This document shows, one piece after another, positions 14,541-27,142 of a stretch of 64,000 nt of DNA. The stretch is taken from NCBI GenBank assembly GCA_964016885.1, contig OZ024742.1:34906001-34970000 (forward strand), given 5' to 3'. Position numbers and translations under genes: made by a program. Every line of letters begins with the position of its first letter. Positions within the stretch are counted from its first letter, which is position 1. The notes below the pieces were generated by a model, which saw only the letters and a program-made list of their open reading frames with translations, searched no databases and had not been told where the DNA came from. The DNA is from Eledone cirrhosa. Lineage: Eukaryota.

Positions 14541-14588
14541 TAAGCTGACAGATCTCTGTTTCGTACTGTTTGTACTCCTCAGAGCTTA
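14541..14588 (-). ncRNA. Canonical type I hammerhead ribozyme
   Basis: Minus strand TAAGCT-CTGAGGA-GTAC aaaca GTAC-GAA-ACAG agat CTGT-C-AGCTTA: full core, three Watson-Crick stems, GUC cleavage triplet. Confidence 0.88.
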
Positions 14589-14744
14589 CCATTCCTTTTG
14601 CTTGCCGAAAATTATGAATGTTGGATTCTTATAGAATTCCAGTAATAATCAGGAACTGAGTAATAATCAGAAAGATATAAATAAATAAATATATATATAG
14701 AGAGAGAATTCACAAGAATCAAAGCTATGTTCAAAGCATTTATT

Positions 14745-14791
14745 CACTTACAATTGTTTCATCCAAACCTACGCTTGGAGTCTTCGGAGCA
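14745..14791 (-). ncRNA. Hammerhead-like motif in the left arm of the inverted repeat
   Basis: tgct-CCGAAGA-c-TCCAAGC gtag GTTTGGA-t-GAAA-CAATTG-TA-agtg. Confidence 0.55.
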
Positions 14792-15325
14792 TTTTTCAAT
14801 GTTTGCACATATAATTGACCTCGTTTCCAACGCAAGAGACATACAGATACATATATATATATTGATGTAGGGTGGAGTGACATATATTATAATATACTAT
14901 ATTTGTACAGCAATTCAAATTCAAAATCAAAATCAAAATCAAAATTAAAATAAAAATTAAAATACATTCGGCAGATAACACAGATAATGTGCAGATAACC
15001 CGCTTAAAGTGCTTGCATTACATGTAACACCTTGCCACACAATAATCGTATATAAATGAGACACACTCGCATGCTCCATGTGTAAGTAACGCATACTCTA
15101 CCTACTAGATCTGAATATCAAACTATCCTCTTGCATTATCTATGTTATCTGCCGAATGTATTTTAGTTTTTATTTTAATTTTGATTTTGATTTTGAATTT
15201 GAATTGCTGTACAAATATAGTATAGTATAATATATGTCACTCCACTATATATCAATATATATATATGTATCTGTATGTCTCTTGCGTTGGAAACGAGGTC
15301 AATTATATGTACAAACATTGAAAAA

Positions 15326-15372
15326 TGCTCCGAAGATTCCAAGCCTAGGTTTGGATGAAACAATTGTAAGTG
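15326..15372 (+). ncRNA. Hammerhead-like motif in the right arm of the inverted repeat
   Basis: tgct-CCGAAGA-t-TCCAAGC ctag GTTTGGA-t-GAAA-CAATTG-TA-agtg; palindromic stem III. Confidence 0.55.
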
Positions 15373-15569
15373 AATAAATGCTTTGAACATAGCTTTGATT
15401 CTTGTGAATTCTATATAACTGCTCTGTAGAACAACTGTTATTATTACATTGAGCTATTTATCTTACTGGTAATAAGGTAGTAATAAATTACTGACCTTCA
15501 CTGTTTAAGGTTTAAAATATACATAACTATAAAATGTTTAAAATATACATAACCATAAATAGTATCCTT

Positions 15570-15780
15570 CATCATCATCATCATTCGTCGACTACTCTCG
15601 AGATGATGGATCTCACTCTCATGCCCAGAATTCCCTGTCCCCCATCGCTGCCCCCAGGTCCTGTCTACTGATTCCCGTATCCCTAGAGATAACGTCAGGG
15701 AATGACAGCTTCCTACTCTTAGTCAGGCTGGAGTCAGGGTTCCAGAGCAAGAGAGCGGATATGATTTCATTGATGGCACG
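15570..15780 (-). mobile_element. 5'-truncated RTE-type LINE fragment with (GAT)n tail and 8-bp TSD
   Basis: TSD GTATCCTT at 15562-15569 and 15781-15788; empty site in the paralog near 44435. Confidence 0.8.
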
Positions 15781-15786
15781 GTATCC

Positions 15787-15833
<47 letters not shown>

Positions 15834-15959
15834 TATAAATATGGTTTTATAAATAAAGATTCCATTTATTTAATATCATTGTATATATCATTGTATATAT
15901 ATATTCTTCGAATTAGGTTTGTGTTATTCGTAAAGTATGTTTTGATCGTTTCACATAGG

Positions 15960-16040
<81 letters not shown>

Positions 16041-16257
16041 CTGTGAACGCAGAAGTAAATATTTCGAAAAACCTTGCAACCGAAGGAAAACAGGAAGACG
16101 ATACTTTGGTTCGTGAAGACATTCCCTGGCAATGAACGGAAAAAGCGAAGATAATACGTCGTTATGTGGAGCAATGAGAACAATTACACGCAAAGACAAA
16201 ACCACGACTAATATTCTATTTAGGAAACCGAATGATTCTCGGCTTCATAGTTAAGAA

Positions 16258-16446
16258 TAATTGTTTCTACTTTTAGCACAAGGCCAGCAATTATCCAGTG
16301 CATTACTGGTACTTTATTTTATCGACCCCTGTAAGGATGAAAGGCAAAGTTAACCTCGGCGGCATTTGAACTCAGACTATAACGGGCCGTAACTCTTTGC
16401 TGCAAAGCATGGCGTTCGACCCTCTACCGATACTGCCAATCCACCG
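16258..16446 (-). mobile_element. SINE family A with 12-bp TSD
   Basis: GTTAAGAATAAT at 16250-16261 and 16446-16457; empty site in the family X copy near 23350. Confidence 0.92.
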
Positions 16447-16861
16447 TTAAGAATAATGTAAATAAATTAGTGAACGAAAATGACAGAGATAAAATCATAA
16501 ATATAATAATAATTAAATATATACATACACGCATCTATATACGTACATATACGTGCATACGTGAAAACACCCGCCATGCATGCATATACATGCACGTACA
16601 CATAAACACGCGCACACATATATAAACCCGCGTGACACATACATGTACCCGCACACATACGAACGTATACACCAAATACACATAAACAAATATATATGTG
16701 GCTTATTAGACAACTAATGAGAAAAATCCCCCCCCCCCCCGTTCTCGCTTTCTTCTTATTCTCATTCCATTTTAAGCTATATTTATATATATATATATAT
16801 ATATATATACAGTATATGGAAGGAATATATTAGGTTAACGCTCGAAATATCAGGAAGAAGG

Positions 16862-16897
16862 TCTTAACGTTTCGGACGCTAGTCCTTCATCAGAAGA
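16862..16897 (-). ncRNA. Minimal hammerhead ribozyme
   Basis: tctt-CTGATGA-a-GGAC tagc GTCC-GAAA-CG-TT-aaga. Confidence 0.78.
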
Positions 16898-17242
16898 AAG
16901 AATGAGAAATAATATAGATTTAGGGGACGGGCGGTTTGGAATTGGAAAAAATGTCTTTAGATAAAAATAACAGGTCCATTCCTGTTGACATCTCTATTGA
17001 AGGTACAAACAGACGGGTGAGAAGAAGGTGGTGTAAGAAGATTGTAGCAGAGGAAAAGTGGAAAAGAGTCGTGGAATATTTAAATGCAAGTGGAATATTT
17101 AAATGCAAGAAGCAAAGAAAATATCAACGATACGAAAGATTTCCTGGTGGAAGTTCAGGTGTATTCCGAGTTGGTATCCAGTTTCGGGGGGAAAATTGAA
17201 TTAGAAAATCCAACGAAATCTGAGAGATGCATGTATGCGTTG

Positions 17243-17273
<31 letters not shown>

Positions 17274-17300
17274 GTGGGGGGGTATGTGTGTGTGTGTGTG

Positions 17301-17406
<106 letters not shown>

Positions 17407-17487
17407 GGTAAATAGAAATAACAACATAATCGGTACAGTATACGGAAGGAATATATTAGGTTAACGCTTGAAATAGCAGGAAGAGGG

Positions 17488-17523
17488 TCTTGACGTTTCG
17501 GACGCTAGTCCTTCATCGGAAGA
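17488..17523 (-). ncRNA. Minimal hammerhead ribozyme (CCGATGA variant)
   Basis: tctt-CCGATGA-a-GGAC tagc GTCC-GAAA-CG-TC-aaga. Confidence 0.72.
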
Positions 17524-17711
17524 AAGAATGAGAAATAAAATAGATTTAGGAGACGGGTGGGTTGGAATTGGAAAAAATGTCTTTAGATAAAAATAACAGG
17601 TCCATTCCTGTTGACATCTCTATTGAAGGTACTAGGGTTGGGTGAAAAATAGACGGGTGAGAAAAAGAAGGTGGTGTTAGAAAATTGTAATAGAGGAAAA
17701 GTATATATATA

Positions 17712-18290
17712 TGTCCAAGATGAACGTTGAGCGACGAAACCTTTCTTCATGCACTCCTCCGGTGTCCGTGCATTACTGACTTGTGGAATTATGTGGAATA
17801 GCTGTTATCGCATGTGGGACGGTTCTGGCTATCAACCGAGTCCATCGTGATGATCACCCTGCGGCCTTCTTTTGGCCGGGAAAAGCAGGCTGTTTTCCTC
17901 TACCTGGTGGCTGTAGCAAAGGAGGTGGTGTGGTGGATATGGCTGAAAGGACTGGAGACAGACACTCTTCTCTTTGGCCAATACCTCATTAACATTTTCA
18001 AGTTTAACTTGGAAAGGAAGGTGAGTGTGAAGAGAGACGTGCTGCCTCCCCACCTCCCACCGTTAGTACATTTGCTAAAAGCTGGGTGAATGTGGTGAGA
18101 ATGGCCCGTGTGAATGGGCCTACTCTGAGCATACGCTTGTAAGTTGGCTAATTTGAGGCGGAGAGGGGTGCCCCTTCCGGGTGCCCTCGAAGCGTCGGGT
18201 GGTTCATGATTGGTGGGGTACCTGAGTCGACTCTAAGTGGTTACCCCCCCCCCCAATTGAGGAATTTTCATTGTTCGATTTTTCTTGTTA
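17712..18290 (+). mobile_element. Tx1/L1-type LINE 3' fragment
   Basis: Homologous to 52360-52900 (VFLYLVAVAKEVVWW..LKGL..FKF.L.RK). Confidence 0.75.
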
Positions 18291-18299
18291 TTTTGTTAT

Positions 18300-18690
18300 T
18301 CCCCCGAGGTTAGCTTTATCTTTCATCCTTATGGGGTTGATAAAATAAAGCACCAGTGATGCGTTGGGGTCGATTTAATCGACTTTCCCTCCCCTAAATA
18401 ATTGTTAGCCTTGTGCCTAAAGTAGAAACAATTATTAGCGGAATCTTAAAAAAAGAAAAAAAGGGGCGGTTGGATTGGCAGTATCGGTAGAGGATCGGAC
18501 GCCATGCTTTGCAGCATAGAGTTATGGCCTTTTATGATCTGAGTTCAAATCCAGCCGAGGTTAATTTTGTCTTTCATCCTTACGGGGTCGATAAAATAAA
18601 GTACCAGTCACGTACTGGGGTCGATTTAATCGACTTTCCCCTCCCAAAAATTTGCTGGCCTTGTGCCTATATAAGAAACCATTATTATCA
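18300..18690 (+). mobile_element. Two adjacent SINE A copies (partial 18300-18436; full 18465-18690), long variant
   Basis: Family sequence with an extra GTCGATTTAATCGACTTTCCC hairpin segment. Confidence 0.85.
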
Positions 18691-19184
18691 TCATAATCAC
18701 TGTCATCATCAATTCATGATGTCACAGCATTACCAAGCACAACGATGTGCAGAGTTTCTGGGGGGGGGGGGGGGGCTCTATTGTATTGAAAGTACTCTTT
18801 GTAACGTATGCAGTCTCTACTATTTTCTGTATATTCAATAGGAAAGTTTCAAGCTTGAGCTGCAATTAAGAATCATTCATTTTCAGGATTGAATCCACTG
18901 CTTCTAAGCCACTATTGTAATTTTCCTTGTCTACATCTTCCTTATGCAGCTTTTATGGGTTTTGGATATGTAGGCGGTTTTCTCACTATTATCATGACAT
19001 TCTAGAGATCTGTTTTCAATATACATTTTAGCAGTTTCACTATTTTATTCATAATTATCTATCAGTTCAACTTCTGTTTTCTACTAGTTAGCTTCATTGA
19101 AAATAGAAAACAATGTTTTGTAGCTATTTGTATTTATTATACATTATTTTTATATTAGGTATTTTTATAGTCCTTCAGTGGATA

Positions 19185-19667
19185 TCTAAACTATAATAAA
19201 GTAAAGAGTACGGGACTGCGTACGGTTTATTTCTGTTAATCCAGTTAGTAAAATAAGTTGGATTACTTTGAATAAATAATGAATGAATATTACATAATTT
19301 ATCTACTAAATTTCGTAGTTGTTGATTAAATATATTTTATTACTTATTTAAAGATTCACTTCTTTAAAATTTTCAAATGTCAACACTTCCGGTTAGCGAT
19401 CGCTTAAATAAACATTCATATATTTCCGTCACTAATTTTCTCCTAATGTAGTTTATATATAATATCGTCTTTTTTTAATGTACCATGGATTACGTTACTG
19501 ATTACATAAGAGAGTGTAACGCAGTCTTCGTTTAATTTCTGTATACATTGTCAATTACGATTTTATTTGATGTATTATATCTACATGTATATATACCTGC
19601 GTATAATATCAATATGCACACGACACATGCCAGCAGAAAACCACCCGAAAGGTGTTTTTTCTGCTAG
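19185..19667 (+). mobile_element. Non-autonomous Helitron
   Basis: A|TCTAAACTATAATAAAG start, subterminal hairpin AGCAGAAAA..TTTTCTGCT, CTAG|T end; second copy at 22014-24342. Confidence 0.85.
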
Positions 19668-19789
19668 TACATATAATAATTTTCTAGTTGCATAAAGGTT
19701 GCATCTCTCCGTGTTTGTTGTACCTATATTCTTTCTACATCTTATTTTCGGTGGTGTACTCTAAAAGCAATTTTTTTCTGCTCGTTCTT

Positions 19790-19915
19790 TTAAAGACCTG
19801 ATGGCAGCCAACATCACTTGGCACGGACGCGAAAAAGCCGCTGCTGATGGTGACCATTGGCGAGTACTTATTGCTCGATGCGCTGAACGGCGCGGAAGAA
19901 CCTAAGACTAAGTTC
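19790..19915 (+). mobile_element. Short RTE-type 3' end fragment
   Basis: W..AADGDHWRVLIARCAERRGRT followed by a short CTAAGA repeat tail. Confidence 0.5.
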
Positions 19916-19924
19916 TTTTAATAT

Positions 19925-20420
19925 CCAGTTAAAAAGTTAAAACTGTGGCATATTATTTGGACAGCTATAATATATCTTCCTGGGATTCCTCTATAGTATA
20001 CCTTCTTAATCTTTTCTTTAATTTGTGTGTGCTGTAGAATCTAGTTCATTGATTAAATATTTGTATGTCTGCTTGATCTAATTCTCTTATCTCTGTTTCT
20101 TTATCTATGATAAAGTGTTTTAAACTAGTTTTTCTTTCTTCAGGATTGCCTTGCTGTATTTTTCTAATCCAAATTTGACATCTATTTCTTTTGCAAGTTC
20201 ATGTTCAGTCCCCAGTAATGTTTCCAGTACTTTAATGCTTGCAGCATACAGCTTGAGATCGTCCATAAATAAGAGTTGGTTGATTTTCTTGCTGTAGCAT
20301 TTGTATCCAAGTCCTGTCCTATTTAGTATCTTAGTTAATGGTGGCAGTGCAAGGCAAAATAAGAACGAAGATAGGGAGTCCCCTAGAAATATCCTCTGTT
20401 AATTGGGACAGGCTCAATTG
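19925..20420 (-). pseudogene. Degenerate R4/Dong-type RT fragment (element probably spans about 18840-21540)
   Basis: GDSLSFVLFCLAL.PLTKILNRTGLGY..INQLLFMDDLKLYA; QNQQF.FNHKRLYQE near 21430. Confidence 0.75.
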
Positions 20421-20559
20421 AAGAAGATTTTACTACTGATTTACGTCATGCTTGATGGATATTCTCTTACTGTTGGTGCTACTTTCTTCATGTTTATGTG
20501 TCCAATATCAACGTGTGGTGAACACTACTAAATGCCTTCTGATAAACTGTCAATGTGTG

Positions 20560-20805
20560 TGTTACAGCTCACACCTATGCAGATTTAGCTGGCCTCCTCC
20601 AAGGTATATCTCGTTGGAGGTTCTTGTGTGATTTAATGATAGGGACCCCAGTCCTATCATCTCATTTCTACAGCTGAGTAAACTGGAGTAACGTGAAATA
20701 AAATGTCTTGCTCAAGGAAACAACACATCACCCGGTCCGAGAATTGAACTCACAACCTTTCGATTGCAGGTCCAATGCTCTAACCACTATGCCATGCACC
20801 TTCAC
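20560..20805 (-). mobile_element. SINE family B-related copy
   Basis: GGAGTAACGTGAAATAAAATGTCTTGCTCAAGG..GAATTGAACTCAC..CTAACCACT. Confidence 0.8.
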
Positions 20806-21547
20806 ATTCAATTCAATTCAAAGAGTCAATGCCATGGTAAGATTCTTTTTTCTCTTTCTACAGCCTTTGATCATGAATTTGTTGGTCAGTAACTGGTCTT
20901 TACAGTCATATCAACCGTTACAGCACCCTTTCTGCTATTTTGTAAATGGGTTATTTTTGTTCAGGGGCTTAGTCAGTCTCTGTGATATTATTGCAGCTAA
21001 CCAAAGGTTTGGGATCTTGTCGGTTTGCTTGCTGCTTTTTTCACCGTGTTAAACACTTCGTTTATTGTGATGTCTTCTCAAGGTGCTCAAGCGCTGTGTT
21101 CGTTGTTCTAACCTGTCCTGTGCGTAGTGATTCCTTTTCTACTCACACTCCACTCTAGAACTCATCTCAGACCTGCCAGCCTCTAAAAATCCAAAGGAGG
21201 AGTACCATGAAAAAAGTGCCCCCAAACGGGGAGAAATGAGGCAAAATGGGGAGATTTTATATAATGAAAGCTTTACCCATTTTCACAAGAGAAAACATCT
21301 ATCACCCACCCCAAAGCGGATGGGAGATCTCATCGTCAGACAGGGAGAGTTGACAGGTCTGTCATCAACTTCTTTTACTTTTGGTGCTACTTTGATTTCT
21401 GTTTTGTTTCTACCATGTTCCTGGTAGAGTCGTTTGTGGTTGAAGTGAAACTGTTGGTTTTGTTCAAAGAAGAGTTTGCATTTTTCACACCTACAGATTC
21501 TTTGTGATTTTGAAAGTACCTGTTTAAGCATTGTTTGGTTTTAGTTA

Positions 21548-21980
21548 CCGTATATGCTGGCAAAACAGTCGACATTTGGAACCTAAAAATATCTCTCCAA
21601 AACCAGGGGTCGACTTGTCCATCGAATATAAAATGTGAATCTTTACACTGAGGGGTAAACTGCCTGCTTAACAATAGTTGTACACCACTTGCCATAACTC
21701 TAGCAACCCACCACAACTATTTCCTACTGAATCTCATATTTGTTAAGTCTATTTAACGTAGGGATTATAATGCTATATTATTTTACAAATATTTAGTGTT
21801 TATTTCCATGTTTTATATTTTGTACAAATAAAGAATGGTAAGCGGGTCTAGGGCTGGGGAGATGATACTGCCTTATTTTTTTAAGGGGGGGGGGATATAG
21901 GCCTAAACCTGAATTACACCTTAGAATTTTAGGGGTCGTCGACCTATGCACAGGATCGACTTGTACGCCGGCATATACGG
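21548..21980. mobile_element. Tc1/mariner-pogo type MITE
   Basis: TA-flanked TIRs CCGTATATGCTGGC..AGTCGA / TCGACTTGTACGCCGGCATATACGG. Confidence 0.85.
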
Positions 21981-22013
21981 TATTTCCTTTTCTGTTATAT
22001 ATTTTTAATATTA

Positions 22014-23503
22014 CTAGCAGGAAAACCACCTTCCGGGTGGTTTTCTGCTAGCATATGTAATATGCACATTGATATTATACGCAAGTATATATGCATGTAG
22101 ATATGATACATCAAATAAAATCGTAATTGACAATATACACAGAAATTGAACGAAGACTGCGTTACACTGTTTTATGTAAATCCATGATACATTAAAAAAG
22201 ACGATAACTAATATATATTTGTGAAATGGGCGGTGGTTGAAATTCAGATGTGCACGGCTAAATGGTAGTAGACGTGGTCGGACGGACATGGAAATTTACA
22301 CACCTATGTAAAAAGTGCCAAGGAAGCAAATAGACGAGGTTTCAAAACTCTAACTTGAAAAATGTGGTCTCTGGGGCCCAAAACTATAGCGTTCGGTGAG
22401 TTATTTCCCCCTGTTCTAATACTTTTGTCTAAAAAAAACATATCAAAGAAAACGTTATTTCGCTGTTAATAAACTTTTTGCTACTACTGTACGTTTCATT
22501 TTCATTTTAAAAATACAATTGCTCTATATTAAATTTAAATAATTCTATAACGATCATACAGTAGTGTTTTATGAAATCGATTCTGCAGTAGAATTTTACG
22601 AAATGCCAAAACGAAAAAGGTAACTGTTTTCTAACAAAAGAAATAAAACCCTTACATTGCGAACCCCCTGTTCTAATACTGGGGTTAGTTATTTCCCCCT
22701 CTTCTAATAAATATCTAATATATAGAGGCCCCTCTTGCTGACCAGGGCAATCAAAGTGTAAACTATCATACAGTACCGTTTTATTAAATAAATTCTGCAG
22801 TACCATTTTACGAAATGCCAAACCGAAAACAGTCACTGTTTTCCATCAAAAGAAATAAAACCCTTAAATTGCGAAGAAGGGAGTCATGTTCTCAAGTACG
22901 TTTTTTTCAGATATCATTTTCATTTTATTTCTAATACATGTTAACCACCACTAACAGTAAGTAGTATTTTTCAATTCATTGTCTTATTTAAAATAACATA
23001 TCAAAGACAACGTTATTTCGCTGTTAATAAACTTTTGGCTACTACAAGCTTCCATGGTTACGGATAAAATCGATGAAACAGGAATTTCCCATTCAAATTG
23101 AACTGAGAGTAATCTGTGAACGCAGAAGTAAATATTTCGAGAAACGTTGCAACCGAACGAAAACATGAAGACGATATTTTGGTTCGTGAAGACGTTGCAT
23201 GGCAATGAACGGGAAAAAAGCGAGGATAATACATCGTTATGTGGATCGTGAAGAACAACTTCATGCAAAGACAAGACCAAGTTTATGGTATAAATGGAGT
23301 CGTTAGACTAATATTCTATTTAAAATAACAGAATGATTTCCAACCCCGGAGTTTAAGAATGATGTAAATAAAATTGAAAACGAAAATGACAGAGGTTATT
23401 AAAATAGTAAAAGTAAATAGTGAAGATTTAGGCCAGTACATACGTATGCCCCGACGGACATACACATACATACGCACACACAAATATGCACACACACAAA
23501 TAT

Positions 23504-23601
<98 letters not shown>

Positions 23602-24342
23602 ACGCACGCGCGTATGTATAAACCTTATGCATTTCTACAGTATTTTCACCAAACTTAAGACATAGGTTAGTTATGTACTCCGGATGGTCATGGGCACTGT
23701 CATTTTTGCAGATATTGATTATAGGGCCCCCCGGCAGATAACCCCTTTAACCACTTTAACCACTTCCTTGGAGTCGACTGAAGCACTGCAGTGCAATGCA
23801 ACAAAACGTCATAACTTCTGGAGTTCGCAACCGATTTTCACAAAACTTGACACATGGGCTACGTTTGTCCTACAGATGAATGTGAACTCTCTGAATTGGC
23901 ACATATTGGGTAGGGGACTCCTGGAGGCAGGAACCCCCTTTTGGAAAAAGCGGATGATTTTGTAAAAGTATAGTTTTCGAAGCAGCACTGAAGTATTGAC
24001 ATAAATGGTATACACAACTGCTATTTAATATCCGAGCAACGCCGGGTACCTCTGCTAGTTATATATAAACTGCATTAGGAGAAAATTAGTGACGGAAATA
24101 TATGAATGTTTATTTAAACGATCGCTAACTAGAAGTGTTGACATTTGAAAATTTTAAAGAAGTGAATCTTAAAATAAGCAACAAAATTATTTATATTTAA
24201 TCAAGAATAACGAAATTTAGTAGATAAATTATGTAATATTCATTCATTATGTATTCAAAGTAATCCAACTTATTTTTACAAACGAGATAAAAAAAATATA
24301 TCTGTACGCAGTCCCGCACTCCTTTCTTTATTATAGTTTAGA
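22014..24342 (-). mobile_element. Non-autonomous Helitron (same family as 19185-19667) split by about 1.85 kb of nested insertions
   Basis: 22014-22215 and 24060-24342 are the reverse complement of the intact copy; CTAG and TC termini retained. Confidence 0.85.
23620..24058 (+). mobile_element. Non-autonomous Helitron-like element, nested
   Basis: 3' end CCGAGCAACGCCGGGTAC..GCTAG|T; 5' limit approximate. Confidence 0.65.
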
Positions 24343-24684
24343 TTGTTTCCTTTCCTTTTCATGCTATCTTTTTTCATATTTTATTTAAGATTGAGAGTTT
24401 TTTCTCTTATTTTCTATCTTTGTATGTTTGTTACCATGTTTGTGTGGGTTTTTGCTATTCTTTTTAATGAGGATTTAATGGGTAAAAAGTTTTTGGTAAC
24501 TACAGTAGCTACTATATACATTATGTTATTCAGCCTCGTGATATTAATATTTCTGTTCGTGTAAATTAAGTTTATGATGGCCAGATCAGCATTTATTTAT
24601 TTATCATGGAGTTTTATCTTTATTGGATTTATTATTTGGTCTATAGGAAAATCTAGTGTTTCAAGTTCTTTTATTATTTCCGTT

Positions 24685-24915
24685 AGTGGATTGGCAGTAT
24701 CGGTAGAGCGTCGGGCAACAGGCTTTGCAGCATAGAGTTTATGGCCCTTTACGTTCTGAGTTCAAATCCCACCGAGGTGAGCTTTGCTTTTCATCCTTAC
24801 GGGGTCGATAAAATAAAGTACCAGTAATGCATGACGGTCAGTTTTATCGACGCCCCCCCCCCCCCAAAAAAAAAAAACATTGCTGGCCTTGTGCCCAAAT
24901 CAGAAATCATTATTT
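24685..24915 (+). mobile_element. SINE family A (long variant)
   Basis: Family head, core and tail. Confidence 0.88.
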
Positions 24916-25214
24916 CCCTCGTTGCCCTGTTGTGGTCGTGAATTTTATTTTTAGGATTCCGTTTACGTAAATCTTCATCCTTATATTCTCTTTCATTCGT
25001 ATTTGTGGCTGTCTTATTTTAAATCGGAATTTTTTCGTCAGTATTACAGATGATTTTTTAAGATTCGGTTTTGTTGTGTTTTGTTGGTTATTTTTGGGAA
25101 TATGTTAGTTCTATATTCATGGATTAAATTTTCAATATTTCCTCTTTTATTAGTTGCTTTATGTTCGTAATTTATTTTTTCGTTGTGTAATTCTTTTTGG
25201 GTATTCTATTTCAA

Positions 25215-26215
25215 CTAGCTGGCCCCGAGCCGTCAAAAATGACGGCTAATTGTAGTATTTTATATATAAAAAGGGTACAAAATCAAGTTTTTAGTTTAAT
25301 AATTCTTTTATTACAAATTTTTTTCTGAAAAATCTATCCGCAGCTGACATGCCTTGACTACTTGTTTCCTTCAAAAGAATTTTTAAGTTTTTCTTCCTTC
25401 TCGTACGACTTAAGGCCACATAAAGCTGGCCGTGAGTAAATACGGAGCTGGCAAGTAAATACCAACTTTTTTGAAGCTCTGTCCTTACAATTTGTTTATG
25501 GTCATGGCACTAGCTGGTTTCACAGGGAACGGCCATCTGCTCATATTGAAGGGTAGATCTGTTTCACTCGGACGCAGATCAACTCGTGGTATGAAAGCTT
25601 CATTTCCTTTTTTACTGATAGTAATGATTTTTGCATTAGAAAATAAAACCAAAAATCGAGTACATTTAGCAAACCATTATCAGGATCCAAATTTCTCAGC
25701 AAAATCACAATGGAATTTTTCTTCAGTGCTAAATTGTATGGGGGCATCCCTGACAGCATCCGAGAAATCAAAAACTCTTCCAGATAATTCATTATATTCT
25801 CGTCACTTTCGTCAATCAAAACATCAACACTTTTACATATCTGTAAGTCTCCATCTAGAAGTGATATCTTGGTATTCAGTTCGATTGAATCTTTGTTTTT
25901 TGGTGACATAGTTCATGTTGTAAAAACGCATCACCCCTTTCTTCCTCAGTTTGGTCATCACCCCTTTCTTGGACAGTTTTGTCATCACCCCTTCCTTCGT
26001 AAGTGTGTTATTATCCCTTCCTTGGACAGTTTTGTCATCACCCCTTCCTTCGTAAGTGTGTTATTATCCCTTCCTTGGACAGTTTTGTCATCACCCCTTC
26101 CTTCGTCAGTTTGTCATCACCCCTTCCTTCGTCAGTTTGGTCATCACCCCTTCCTTCGTCAGTTTGTCATCACCCCTTCCTTCATCAGTCAGCTCTTGTA
26201 ACGGACAAAAACACA
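25215..26215 (-). mobile_element. Helitron remnant with degenerate Pif1-like helicase
   Basis: 3' hairpin AGCCGTCA-TTTT-TGACGGCT and CTAG|T; SGMPPYNLALK..VILLRNLDPDNGL, AMTINK, FTHGQLYVALSR; 5' limit uncertain. Confidence 0.85.
25928..26188. repeat. Minisatellite of 26-28 bp units inside the Helitron
   Basis: About 9-10 units of CAGTTT(T/G)GTCATCACCCCTTCCTTCGT with an alternating variant. Confidence 0.9.
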
Positions 26216-26228
26216 AGAGGTATAAGTA

Positions 26229-26494
26229 CAGGGTGATCCGAAAGTCATTAATTATAATATATAATAATGATAATAATAATATAATTTTCTATTTCAGAGC
26301 TCCTACAGTTTGGAAGAGAGGCTGCTTGGAAGTGTATGGATACATGATCGTGTGTATTCTGGCAAGAGCATGGAGGATGTGCAACATGACTCCAGTGCAA
26401 GATTCGGCAAACCAGAGGACGATACTGCGATGGGAACATAAACTGTTTCTCATTACTTTTTGGTAGGGGGTGACAAAACTTTCGGACCACCCTG
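26229..26494 (+). mobile_element. Internally deleted mariner-type DNA transposon (MITE)
   Basis: TA-flanked TIRs CAGGGTGATCCGAAAGT / ACTTTCGGACCACCCTG; internal YSLEER..TILRWEHKLF resembles a transposase N-terminal HTH. Confidence 0.8.
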
Positions 26495-26836
26495 TATATT
26501 ATTTATTTTTATACAGAAACTGCGTATTATTGCTTATTATTTTATTTTTTTACAGAAACAGCGTATTATGACAGCTGCAGTTTGGAAAGGGTTTTCTCTG
26601 CCATACTCATATTTAGAGTAGGTTGGTGGTTTGGCATACGGAGTATGAATCAGGGAATATCGATGATGTCTGAGGTAGGAATTATGGAGAATGTCTTGGA
26701 TCTCGGATAGACGTTGAGTTTGTAATTGGTTTTCTTTTAATGAGTGTATTAGTTACAAGTTTGGCAATCTCTGGTCTTATCCACTGGGTGTTTTGTTTTA
26801 TGATGGCTTTGTATTCAGAGTGTATTATTTACGTAT

Positions 26837-27025
26837 AGTGGATTAGCAATATCGGTATAAGGTCGACGCCATGCTTTGCAGCAAAGAGTTACGCCCCTTT
26901 ACGGTCTGAGTTCAAATCCCGCCGAGGTTAATTTTGCCTTTCATCCTTACGGAGTCGATAAAATAAAGTACTGGTAATGCACTGGGATAATTGCTGGCCT
27001 TGTGCCCAAAGTAGAAACAATTATT
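26837..27025 (+). mobile_element. SINE family A with TSD ATTATTTACGTAT
   Basis: Family sequence; 13-bp direct repeat on both sides. Confidence 0.92.
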
Positions 27026-27142
27026 TACGTATTGGGATATCAGTGACTACTTTGCATTTGTTCTAAGTATATCTACTTTCAGTTTTATGTATTTGACGGT
27101 CCTATTTACTCATTTACATATCTATGACCCTGTATATGATAT

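Larger units (their letters stand above)
14705..15412. repeat. Inverted repeat with arms of about 280 bp (14705-14989 / 15134-15412) and a spacer of about 145 bp
   Basis: Arms are reverse complements with few mismatches. Confidence 0.92.
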
